Shown here: one piece after another, positions 51,411 through 63,700 of the stretch
How the letters are laid out: each line of letters begins with the position of its first letter
Numbering within the stretch: position 1 is the first letter of the stretch
Assembly: GCF_037042905.1 (NCBI RefSeq)
Contig: NC_087250.1
Coordinates: 18,912,001-18,976,000, forward strand
DNA from: Lytechinus pictus
Lineage: Eukaryota
Length of the DNA: 64,000 nt
Reading direction: 5' to 3'
The notes under the pieces: generated by a model
What the model saw: the letters and a program-made list of their open reading frames with translations, nothing else
Told to the model about the DNA's origin: nothing
The model's database searches: none
Position numbers and translations under genes: made by a program

Positions 51411-52873
51411 GGGCGGTATTCTGAAAGCTCAATTAGCGGTCAATTAGCGCTCAATTAGCATTTTGGTATTCTGAAAAGTCACTTAAGTGCCCCTTTCCTT
51501 ATTTGGCAGGGTTGCGTTGCGCGCACTTGCAACAGTACGCGTTATGACCGCGCGAAGACTTAATTGAGTAGTTACGAGACTTTTGGTATTCTGAAAAGTC
51601 TCTTAGCGCTCAATTAGCGGACTTTCCAGTGGGGAAAGATAATGGTGATAAGAGGTCCATTAAGTCTCATTTTCTCTTGCTAAATGTGGCTTTCATTTCG
51701 TATAAATACCATCAAATCGGTTTGATACTGCGACCAAATTTAGGAGGAAGCAAGAGAATAAAGGAGAAAGGTATACAAAGGGAATAAAGGGAAAGAAGGT
51801 GGTATGGGTGTCCAAACTTGGCGGACTTTTAAACAATATGTTTCAGGCTTAAATTTGATCAAAAAATATTCACAATTTATACAAGTAAAATAAGGAATGG
51901 GGGCTATATTTGGTAATAAAGAAATTAGAAAAGAAGGAAAAAGAAAACAGAAATTGTGTACTTATAGGGGAAATATGACTATTATTTTTCTATATTTTCT
52001 TTTATTATAAGCATCATAAAGTATTTTTGCACATTATTTTGACAATAATGAGATTGCCAAGTAACAATAGATGCAGCAATGTTCAGGTAGGAATCAAACC
52101 TTGTTTCCGACAATGAAAAAATAAGCATTGACCCCTTTGGTACAAAAGAAAAAAAATAGTGAGGGATGCCATCGTTTTCCCCACCTATAAAATCTTAAAT
52201 ATCATAACATTTGTACATCCAATTTCAATTAAATTTTGGCTTTTTTAACGATTATGCTAGTTTGATTGTTAAAATCATTTTATTCAAATCAGCATTTTGT
52301 TGAAGAAGATTTCTCATAAAAATGAAAAGTATGTTATTTTTAAAATAAGTAGGAATTAAGTTAAAGAAGAACCCCCCCCCCCCATCATGACCCCGAGACA
52401 GAGGCAAATAAAATATTGTTAAAAATACAAAACAAAGAAAGCTACATCAGAACGCGTTCGAAAAAAAAGAGAAAATCACAAAGGTACAATAAATGAGAGA
52501 AAGGGAAAAGACAACAGTTAGCTTCAACAACATAATGACCCTCCTGTTAATCTCTGATGCAAATGCTTTTAGCATTATTTTTCAGCAAAAAAATTTTGTA
52601 TCAATATCGTGGTGCAGTCCACCTGCAGCAGCCGGGCGCTGCGCTGCAAGCCAGCAAAGTGAAGAGACACTACGCGCTGGGAGAAAATTTTACGTTGTAA
52701 GAGCGCATTTGATTGGCTAATTCGGCTCAGTAGGGGCGTGGCCTAAAGGGAGTTAATTGAGCGCTAATAGAGTTTTCAGAATACGAATTTGGAGGTACAT
52801 TAGCGCTCCATTAAATGGGTAACTTATGAGGAAACTTAAGTGGAAACTTACGAGACTTTTCAGAATACCCCCC
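51411..52873. mobile_element. 1.46-kb Harbinger-type non-autonomous element (TSD ATG)
   Basis: GGGCGGTATTCTGAAA/TTTCAGAATACCCCCC termini. Subterminal GGTATTCTGAAAAGTC and CAATTAGCGCT repeats. AT-rich non-coding core. Confidence 0.87.
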
Positions 52874-52900
52874 ATGGTCATTTCAAGAGATCTGACAAAT

Positions 52901-53408
52901 ATGCTTTTCACACTGTACTTTTTTTCCTTAACCCCAGGAAATTGGTGGGGCTAAGGGGGGGCCTTAGCCCCACCAATTTCCTGGGGTTAAGCTTAGCCCA
53001 CTTTGTTTTCACTCTACGTTTTAGCAAAGTGGGCTAGCACGGTAAATAGTACGGTACTATCTGGCCCTGCAAAAAAGCAGGGTTAGTCGGCTTATTGTGG
53101 TGCTAGCACAATTGCGGTGCTAAGAGATGCAGTGTGAAACGAAACTGGGCTAAGGAAAAGTGGGGCTAAGCAATAGCCAATCACAGAAGTCGAAATTGCA
53201 CGTTAATCACGCTCTGAATGGTAAAATCATCAATATTCATGAGCTGTGGGATAGTCCGGGGTTATAAAGGCGTTAACCCCGGCTAGGCAGATAGTATGGG
53301 GTTAAGAAAGACAGTGTGAATCCAAAACAATAAAGTATGGGGTTAAGGATAGTCCGGGGTTAACCGTTAAGGATAGTATGGGGTTAAGGAAATGCAATGT
53401 GAAAAGCA
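52901..53408. mobile_element. MITE rich in TTAACCCC/GGGGTTAA modules; inverted second copy from 63701 to the window end
   Basis: TIR ATGCTTTTCACA(C/T)TG. 63701-64000 is a near-identical reverse complement of its right part. No clean TSD seen. Confidence 0.85.
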
Positions 53409-53484
53409 TATGATAGTAGAAAGAGTGCATACAAACTGGTCGGCCCTATTTGTGATTTAGGCTCTTTGGTCTTAACTCTTCACA

Positions 53485-54690
53485 GAGTACGGGACAGCCA
53501 ATTTCAACATTGAACTCACCCAATGATAGGTTTGTTTTTCAGATGTGAACTGGCATTCTTTAGAATTTCAGTCTACATACACGATTTTTGCCAACAACAT
53601 AATATCCTGGATGGACAGCCAACCTCAACTTTTCTAATCATATCACTTATATTGAGCCCCTTCCTTACGGTTTACTTTTCAGATGTGAACAGGTATCCTC
53701 TACACACTTTTAGCCTAAAGGTATCAACATTTCACATTGCAACGGATGACCATCATCATGTCAAGCTGCGTGTCTATCATATATATTTAGCCCTGAGCAT
53801 AAAGTTTGTTTTCAGATGTGAACAGACCTGTATTTTCAGCCCCATCATGCCTATTTCACAGCAAAATGGACGACCAATACTAATATAATAGGCCTACATA
53901 TAGAAATAGTTGTCTTCCTTCCTTAATTTGATATTTCTTTTGAGATGTGAACAGGTATTGTTTGAGCCATGGTATCACCATTCTTTCTACTTCCATGGTA
54001 TCACCAATTTCATCAATTTCACAGTGCAATGGACAGCCAACCCAAACCAATACTCATATAATATGCTTAAGTTATATCCCTTCATTAAATTAGAATTGAA
54101 TTTCAGATGTGAACAGACTCGAGCTGTGGTATCACCAATTTCACAGTGAACAACGAGCATCCTACCTTAAAGCTTATTTTTATGAGCTACACAAATGTAT
54201 GTAAATTGCCAATTCGTCCACTGCCAACTTGTCCACTCACCACATGGTCCAACTTCAGTAGATCTAATGCCATTTCCGTCCATTAATATTTTGTGTAACA
54301 ACCATTTGGTCCAATAACCATTTGGTCCAACATCACTTTGTTGAATCACCATTTCGTCTAATACCCATTTTCTTTTCATTCAATTAAAACCTTTAATAGT
54401 TTAATTAGACCAAATGGTAAATGTACTAAATGGCTATTGGACCAACTGAGTATTAGACGGAATGGCATTAGACTATAAAATGAAAGTAGACCATGTGGTG
54501 AGTAGACGAACTGATGATAGACAAAATGATAATAGACGAGTTGGCAATTGGACGAATTGGAAATAAACCATTTTGATAGGCTTCTTTTTCAGATGCTTTT
54601 TCAGATGTGAACAGGTACTTTTAAAGCACTTTCATCCCACAGCGTATCATCGATTTCACAGTGCACTGGACAAGCTTATGAGACAGCCAA
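53485..54690. repeat. Degenerate ~130-160-bp tandem array with conserved TTTTCAGATGTGAACAG core
   Basis: Cores near 53536, 53676, 53809, 53938, 54100 and 54598. Second motif ATTTCACAGTGCAATGGACAGCCAA. Interrupted by a MULE-like copy at ~54200-54569. Confidence 0.8.
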
Positions 54691-56489
54691 GGTATTAGGA
54701 GTTTTTAGGACCATCCTGCAGCGTCTATGATAATAACATTGAAATGGGATATTTCTGTAATGAGATAGGGTGCTTGCGATGGATCTGCTGGTGTTAGCCA
54801 GACTGCTTCCATTTCTAAGGAGAATTTCATGAAAAATATTAGTTAAAATGAAAGATTTTGAGAAAAAAAAACACATCAACTGATGATGGGGATTGAGGAG
54901 ATCCTCTTTGCTGATTTTCGCTATTTGTTATTGTTATAAGCTACCGAATTCCTTACATCTCATTGGCTTATAGTCAATAGACAAATTATCATTCATGAAA
55001 TCTTCCTCTCAAAGTAAAAAGGGCTTTTGATTGAAGCCACCTTCAGAATTGGATACAAAGTTCCTCTCCCTTCGGAAAAAAAAACATGTCCACTGTACAT
55101 GTATGTATCCTTGTCCCTAGCACTACTTGTGTATGTACTTGAAAACCCCATCTTTTTTTAGTTAAACATGTATTGCTAATTTGCTATAACTCACTTTGAG
55201 ATATATATTTTTTAAATAAAAGAAAAATGGGTTTGAAAAAAGTTGAAATTGACTGTCAAATACAGGAGCGAAATCAGAATTAAACAAGGATCTACATGTA
55301 GGGATGTTGTGATATCCTATTAAAAAGGGCTACTTATCATTCATTGTCTCTTTTTTTTATTCTCTTCCGTTTGTTAATACCCTTTCACCAGCCCCCAACT
55401 ACTCTATGAGCCTCAGGTGTCTTTGAATATTAATGATATTACAACTAGGGTATCTTCAAATAATATCCAGGTCTGCTTTTTGTCAGGTGAGGTCACATGG
55501 AATATACATGGACTGTATTAAAGGGATACTCCGGGCTGAAAATTTATATATTGATCTAAATAAACAGAGTAAACTTCACAGAGCAATATGCTAAAAATTT
55601 CATCAAAAATCTTATTACAAATAACAAATTTATTGAATTTTTATAGTTGCAATATTTTGAGAAAAGTTATATGCATGACTGCACGTCATCATGAATATGT
55701 GGGCTGATGTCACACATCCCTACTTTACTCTTCTTACATGTACATGAAATAATATTTTGTATCATTATTTCATACGTGTCTCCCTTATATTATTTGAAGT
55801 TGAAGCAATAAACATCTAATGCACTATTTTTTGTCAATCCATTTTTTTTAGCTATTGGAGGAAAATACAAAGCTGTTTATGTATGTTGATCGTCAATAAA
55901 TTTGCCGCTTTCGTTAGCGTGGCTTTAGTGCGCAGTTTGACTCATCACAAGAAAGGTCAGTTCTGGCACCTGTTTGTGTACATGTAGGCTTCCACTGCGA
56001 GAGCAAATTAAAAAACGTTTCAAAACTCGTTTGTGTTCAATGTCGCATTCACAATGCTCAAGGTCGTAAAAATTTGAGCTGATCGCGTTTACAAATGCAT
56101 CTTTTTCTACGTTTAAATTTTTCTCGGAATCATGATTTGAAAGACGTTTACTTTTACGACCGGGAATGGTGGATACTGAATACATCCTTTGTTTCTCATA
56201 TCTGCATTTTGTAATCACGTTTTCAATCACATTTCATGTGGCCGTTAAAATTTGGAAACCGACATTGAACACACCCCATGTGATGTATGTAGCACATGTT
56301 GGTTGCATTGCCAATTTGAGGATGACAACTGTCCACATCACAAGTGATCTCAACTTTCTGATGCTCATAACTTTCTTACCATTTAGTTCAATTTGTTCAA
56401 TTTTTTTTCTTGGATTTTGATTGATTTGTTTATTTGATTTTTTTCTGTTTTCGCGCAAGCTGAACCTGTTCCCATGGCTTCATTGTCCA

Positions 56490-56999
56490 TTAAAGGGGTA
56501 CTCCAGGCTATGATTTGAACAGATACAGAAAAATCAGACAAACAAAACACTGAAAATTTGATCAAAATTGCACTCAAGGAACAACAATGATATTTTAAAA
56601 TTTTGCATTATTCTGGTGAAACAGTTCTACAAGTCGGTGTGTCTTCATGAATATTCAATGAGCAACTGATGATGTCATATCCCCACTTGTTCTTTTGTAT
56701 TTTATCATAAGAAATTAGGTTTAATTAAACAGGTACAAACATGTCGAAAATCAAAATATTTCATATTTCATATGATGAAATACAAAAGAAATAGTGAGTG
56801 GGTGATGTCGTCAGTCCCCTCATTTATGATTAGCATATCCACCAGGATGTACATGTTTTGTGAAATAAAGCGAAACTTCAAAATGTCATAACTTTCTTAT
56901 TTTACATCCGATTTTGATGAAATTTTCAGTGTTATGCTTGTTGGATTTTTCTCTCTTTATTCAAATCAACTTTTTGTTGGGGTGGACTTGTCCTTTTAA
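56490..56999. mobile_element. Chimeric TTAA MITE (left end of a related family, right arm of family A)
   Basis: Starts TTAA|AGGGGTACTCCAGGCT (cf. 55518 and 50745-50893) but ends GGGGTGGACTTGTCCTT|TTAA. Confidence 0.65.
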
Positions 57000-57537
57000 T
57001 TTAAGAAAAGGGACCCAGATGTGACAGACCCATTAAAAATATCAAATCAGCAGACATACTGTACAGTACACTGTACTAGCAGGCAGGAAGGTTGTAGGCC
57101 TAGTCTGCAATCACAGACTCAAATTTGAACAAAATGTCTACATGTACGTGTACATGCAGGGTGGAAAGACTCAAAACTCTGTGGGAGTGTCAAAAGTAGC
57201 CACAGTACCTATCTTTCATGTACTGTAAATGAGTGTATCTAGTCTCCTACATGTGTATACATGTACTTCAGACCCTACTGTATATGTAGTCTGCTGTGCA
57301 AACCCTTCACTTGAGTTAAGGGTCTGAATGTGCAGCCTACTCATGCCTTGTGTACTCGAGGCCCTCTCGCTGAATTGAAACAACAGTTTCGCATGTGCTA
57401 GGCTTTGCATGGAGACACACTTGTTGATCAAAGTTTCAATCAGGGTCTGTGCTTGCAGACTATTCACACCCTGCATTATAATTCGCACTCTTACTGTGCC
57501 TGCAGACTACCACCAGCAATTATACATTTATGTGCTT

Positions 57538-60500
57538 TACATGTGGTCATTTTCAAACATAAGTGGACATGGGGGTGAAAATTAAAACTTGCTCAAAATC
57601 AGTAGGCTTCAATGGTTTTTGAAACTAGACATCTCAAAGTATGTTTTTTCATTTCAGTTACATAAAATTATTAATTTTGTCTGGAAATACAGTGAATTTA
57701 GTGCAAGGGAAATTTAATGTTACAAAATGCTGATTTTTGCATTAAAATTCACATATTGCCTATCACAATATAAAATTTGTATTAGAAGCGTATTTGTTGG
57801 TAAGATACAAGTTCTGTATTGTATCTAACTCCTAAATAAGAAAAAAAAATTATCTGAAGTGTTTTTCTGAAAAAAAGTAGATCTTTAAAGTTTTCAAAAC
57901 TGGATGTCGTGTCACTCACGTTTAAAAGACAAAAAGTTTTCTAGTTATGTGTATTCTGAAAATTAATTTATCCCAGTACAGGAGCAAATACAGTTTTCCC
58001 ATACCTTATTGTATATAAAGTAACTTGGTCCAAAGTGTTAAGGTTAAGCTATAATTAACTGTTAAAGTTGTGTCGTGTCACTCACAATGTCGTGTCACTC
58101 ATGAAATGTCGTGTCACTCACGGTCTCATTTTGTGTATAAAAAAGGACATCGAATAATTTTTAAAGCATTTTACAAGATAAATTCAGGGATGGAGTCAAA
58201 ATGTTGTTCCTGACATCATTTAGGCCTATGAAAGGCTAATATTTTTTTCCATTTTCCCAACTTCACCCCTATCAATGGAAATATTGAATTTGACGTTGAG
58301 TTCATCTATTTTCTTTCCTCTCCATGGTTTCCTCAGTTTCAAAAATCTTGATAACTTTCCATTCGTGTGAAGACTCGGATCCTAATTCATATTTAATGAT
58401 GTACTGAGATAAAAGAATATAACATAATCAATCAACACAAAATTATGAATATATCAAGAGAAAACCACTATACATAGTAATGAACATATTTATAGTGCAT
58501 AAAGATTTGGCGATGGTTCAAGTTAGTCAGGTATGACTTGAACATTCCCTGTCTCCATTTACAGAAATGAGCAGAACATTCACCTATCTTTTTAGGAATG
58601 TTATTTCTTTGTTTTACTAATTAAGAAAGGTTTAAAGCTACTTGTAACAAGGTCAGGGATCTTATTTTGAAATTTGCAGAAATAGATAAAATATTCTTAT
58701 GGTAGAAAAGAGTATGAAGAAATCTCTGTGAACACCAAACATTCTTTCAAAATCAGAAAAACCTCTTTCCTTCTGATTAATTGAAATTAACCTTTTTTGC
58801 CACAAAGCATGTGTTCGAGGACATGAAATAAACAAATTTTTTGCAAGAACATCTCAGGTGAGAATACACTGAGATTTAAAGAGCACATGCCTGGTTCAAA
58901 ATCATTCTTTGTTCGGCCACCATTCATACCCCTAGTGATGAACTAGGGTCTACACAGCAAACTACCGTGAGCGGGCCAATGTGGGTTCGGAGCAGATTTG
59001 CATTACACACAAAAATTGATAGAGTAAATTAGGTAGGTACCAACAAGTCCCAACCAAGACCAAAAATTTGCATTTAAGCAACTTTGGTGAGTTGCCTTGT
59101 TTTCATGTAGATCAATTTTTCTTGGGGGGTACCCTGGTTAGAACTGAGCTGGACCTCGTGGGAAAAATTTATAGAGGTATAGGGGGAGTATTTGATGGTT
59201 GGGGATGCTGAATTGAATTTCAGTGTAACATCCAAGGGCTCATCAAAGGAAAGGCTAATGATATGAAGTTGTACATGTAGGTAATACTAAACATACTGTG
59301 CTGTGGCTTTTTGCAAGAATCAGGTACTAACTATGCGTCTTTCACCTTGTGGCTTTCCATGTATTACTCGTGGTTTGGTTTATTATCAGATATGATAATT
59401 AGCAATGAAAAACAGCTTGCAAGATTCCTGCAAAAAAATCATAACTCTGAATTTTGGTACAGTGCCTTTGGAGGGGTCCACATACAAGCAGTGTTCAGGA
59501 GAAAACCAATGCTTGATGAGTTGAACTTGATCCCTATTAAAGTTTCTCACAGATTTATCTATCTGAAGTGTGCAGCCAAGTAACTGTGGTTTGGTACAGT
59601 GTACAAAAAAAGACATTGAAGCTGCCAAGTCCTATTTGGACAAGGCCTAAAATATTTAAGGAGGATAATATTGTAATCCAATATTTCAAGAAAAAGGAGT
59701 CATAAATGACATCATTGGCTACCAAACCATGCCAGATGGTGCGAGTGACTATTGAGAATACCTTTCTTACAAGGAAAAAATATTCCATCATTTGTGGATG
59801 CTGAATTGTAAACCCGTAAACTGTCAAATACAGATAAAGAGTTAAAGTTTTGAATGAAATCAGGCCACAAAAAGAATGTTTGAGTTGATGTCAATGCCAA
59901 GACCACATAACACCTCCTTCAAGTGCCTCCTCCTCCAAAGAGGAGAGTGGTAGAAGCCCGAGTGTGACAATAATGCGGTATGGTATAGGGAATGTGAGTT
60001 GATGGGCAAATATGACCATAAACCAAGAATAAATCATTAGGATGACACATTATCAACTTTGAAAAGGCAGGTGTTATGTAATTAAGCTTGTTTTTTGGTT
60101 GATGGGATTAAACTCTTGTAAATCATGCAAAAAATACTTTCATTGTTGAGATAAATGTTGTATTTTTGCACTTGTCGTGTCACTCACGTTTTGGATGTCG
60201 TGTCACTCACGGTATATAGGAGGGCACCATTTTCCATAGAGAAGGTTTGATTGATTCTGACTATATGTGCTAGATAGGTTCACTATTTACGTACATGTAT
60301 GGGTACTCACAGTACTCCTGGACAGCTACTTGGGCACGAATCCAATCATAAGTGATAATGGTCAGAAACCCATGTCCAAAATTTGTCGTGTCACTCACGC
60401 ATCATTTTTCAATCATATCTACTAAACAAATTGTAGCATTCAAATCAAACTGGTAGTGGCCCATGCCAGTCCTGCATTGTACATAATAGGGTAGTCATGA

Positions 60501-60587
60501 TTGATTCATAACCTTTAAGTTTAAAGATATGAGCCCTTAACTCTCTCCAATTGTCGTGTCACACACATTTGAAAATGACCATGTGTA
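57538..60587. mobile_element. ~3.05-kb TIR element of unassigned superfamily, no intact ORF
   Basis: TA-CATGTGGTCATTTTCAAA ... TTTGAAAATGACCATGTG-TA, with eight TGTCGTGTCACTCAC motifs near the two ends. Confidence 0.75.
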
Positions 60588-61128
60588 ATATAGCTCTAAA
60601 GAGAGAGAAAAAAAACCCAGATAATGTATCACACTATACCTACAGGCCAATTTATGTCATAATACTGTACACTAGAGAGGTGTTAAATTTACATGTATAT
60701 CCAATACAGTAGTAATAATGAAATATATGTACCAGCAAGAAATTTATTACAACAATCTTAATAATAAGTTGAAGCTAATAATACATGTAATATGTTACTT
60801 GATATGAAGAATATTTGTTTGTTGCAGGTAAATTATTTGGAATAGACACCAAGAAAAGAAAAGGCATAGTGTTCTCAAGGACTCCAATGTATGAGCTCAA
60901 TATTGCGTGTCTGTCTGACAATATTTCTATTTATAAAGTGTTTTGCTGTTTTAAACCTTTTTTTATATTTGTTTTGGAATATACATTTTGGACCTGATGA
61001 TGTCCACATATAATTTCACTAGTTTAATAGCATTCTACATTTATACATACTATAGTTTGTCTTAATACTATCACAATCAAGCAAGTTCTAAAAAAATGCA
61101 TGAATTAAAACCACACACTTCAAAATGG

Positions 61129-61720
61129 TTAAAGGAGAATGAAACCCTTGAAACCAGCTGAATCCATATCAAAGGGAAAAATCAAAGAAACATATTGTTG
61201 AAAGTTTGAGGAAGATTGAATAAATAATAAGAAAGTTATGAGCATTTGAATATTGAGATCACTAATGCCATGTAGATCCTCCCATTGGCAATGCGACCAA
61301 GATCTGTGATGTCACACACGTACAACTCCCTCATTACTTTAGTACTTATTTCACTTATATTCTCACTTTTATAGAGTCTATCACAAGGTTAGGTGTTCTC
61401 TTTATGAGAGGACAAGTACAGAGGTTTCACAACATTATATCATTGATGAATCGTTTGTCATATGATTAGAATGAGCAAAAAGAGATGTTTTGGGGTATAT
61501 TTTCAGTGTCCAAAAGGGGAGAGTTGTTCATCTGTGACATCATAGATCTTGGTCGCATTGCCAATGGGAGGATCTCCATAGCATTAGTGATCTCGACATT
61601 CAAATGCTCATAACTCTTCTATTGCTAGTCCTATTTTACTCAAACTTTTGTTGATATTATTGTTTGATTTTTCTGCTTTCACAAAAGCTAACTTGCTCCA
61701 AGAGTTTCATTCTCCTTTAA
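61129..61720. mobile_element. TTAA MITE family B, divergent subfamily
   Basis: TTAA|AGGAGAATGAAAC ... GTTTCATTCTCCT|TTAA with long inverted arms. Confidence 0.88.
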
Positions 61721-62296
61721 ACATTGAACTTTGAGCAAAGAAGATATTCTGTCTTCTCAGTTCTCAGGAGTCATCACTTTAAGAAATATATTGAAATAAA
61801 AGTATTTCTTTATACAATCAAACCTGTTCATCCAAGGGAAACAGAAAAAAAGGACCAAATGTATTAAAATGGATGGCCTTTGTACACTGCAAAAACGCCA
61901 GTGTTAATTTAACACCAGCCTGGTATCTATATCGGTCCACATCAGAGAGGTGTTGAAACAACACCGGTTCATGGCATCAGGCTAACACCAATTTGGCATT
62001 TAAGCAACACCACAAGAAAAAAACAATATCGGTTTGATTCGTATCTGGAGTTGTTTCAAAACCTCCCTGGTGTGGACCGATTAAGATACCAAGCTGGTGT
62101 TAAATTAACACCGGCATATTTGCAGTGTAGACAGTCAAGTAAACCAGCGGAAAAAATACACAGGCCAGGGGCTCGGGAGATTTTGCCAAAGAAATGTTCA
62201 AAAGAGCCCTTGAAAATAAAACAAGCACCCTGAAAATCCCATTTGTTGCAATGTGAAACCTTAATGTATCCAGTGCTGCAAATTTATACAGACTTG

Positions 62297-62893
62297 TTTA
62301 AGGACAAGTCCACCCCAACAAAAAGTTGATTTGAATGAAAAGAGAAAAATCCAATTAGCATAACACTGAAAATTCATCAAAATCGGATGTAAAATAAGAA
62401 AGTTATGAAATTTTAAAGTTGTACTTAATTTCACAAAACAGTTTAATATGCACATCATGGTGGGTATGCAAATGAGGAGACTGATGACGTCATCCACTCA
62501 CTATTTCTTTTATATTTTATGAAATAGGGAATATTCTATTTTTCTCCTCATTGTCAAGTGAAACAACGATTAATTCCTCCCTGAACATGTGGAATGAGCA
62601 TTGTTTTACACTTTATGATTCAGTCAAGTTGGTCCTTATTGTCAAATCTAAAAAAAAGGAAATATTGTATAATTCAAACAATAAAAAACAAAAGAAATAG
62701 TGAGTGAGGGACATCATCGACTGTCTCATTTGAGTTGTGCATATCACTGTTTTGTGAAAAATAAGCAAAACTTTAAAATGTCATAACTTTCTTATTTTAC
62801 ATCCGATTTTGATGAAATTCTCAGTGTTTTGCTAGTTTGAATTTTATCTTTTTATTGAAATAAACATTTTTCTGGGGTGGACTTGACCTTTAA
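62297..62893. mobile_element. TTAA MITE family A
   Basis: Same TIRs and body. Left flank TTTA, right flank TTAA. Confidence 0.9.
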
Positions 62894-62961
62894 ACACTGT
62901 TGTGAAAGAAGCCCCCACACAAAAAAAAATGATTTTCTGCCTGCAGTCAACACATCCTGTA

Positions 62962-63379
62962 TTAAAGGGGAAGTTCACCCTGACAAAAGTTTGTTGTGAA
63001 AATAGCAGAAAAACCAAAAATATTGGTGAAGGTTGGAGGAAAATCCATTTAATATTAAGAAAGTTATTAGACTTTGAAGTTCTGGATTTGTGACATCATG
63101 AACGAGCAGCTGCCTCATATGTTTGTGAATGTATAATAAAATGCATAATTTTAAATGGTTTGTGATGACTTGTTTTTATTTTCTATTTAGGAGCCCTTGT
63201 TACCAGTCGATATTGTAGGAAAGCTGCCAGCGTTTGACGTCACAAATAAAATAATCAAAATTCTTATAACTTTTTTTATTCTTTGATGGATTTTCCTCAA
63301 ACATTTGCCAATATTTTTCATTATTTTTTTTCAGCTATTTTTACAATAAACTTTTTGTCAGGGTGAACTTCCCCTTTAA
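62962..63379. mobile_element. TTAA MITE with Angel-like termini
   Basis: Perfect TIR TTAA|AGGGGAAGTTCACCCTGACAAAA ... TTTTGTCAGGGTGAACTTCCCCT|TTAA. Confidence 0.88.
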
Positions 63380-63700
63380 ACCTTTGCAAATGAAAGACAA
63401 TTTTGATGGCCACTAAAAACAGGTTTCGCTCAAGACAGGTGAGGTGGCTACAATCATAGATGGGTTCATCTGTAGTTCAAAAAAAGGGATATAAAGTCAG
63501 GGTTTGGCATTTCCATGTACTTTTACACTATACACTTTCCAGTCACAAACTGAGAATAGCAAACAATGGGATCTGAAGGTACATTGTTTGAACAATCACA
63601 GACGGAGAATAGAATACAAAGTGTTATGGAATGCTTGAATAAGCTTAGCATTACCTTTCAGAGAAGGAAAGGGGCGGCTATTAATGGCAATGACAAATAT

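Noticed and set aside
53485..54690. CRISPR array
   Set aside because: Eukaryotic context, no cas genes, and spacers are over 100 bp and homologous to one another.
59311..59906. Transposase ORFs inside the 3-kb element
   Set aside because: Short, on both strands, with no recognisable DDE or recombinase motif by eye.
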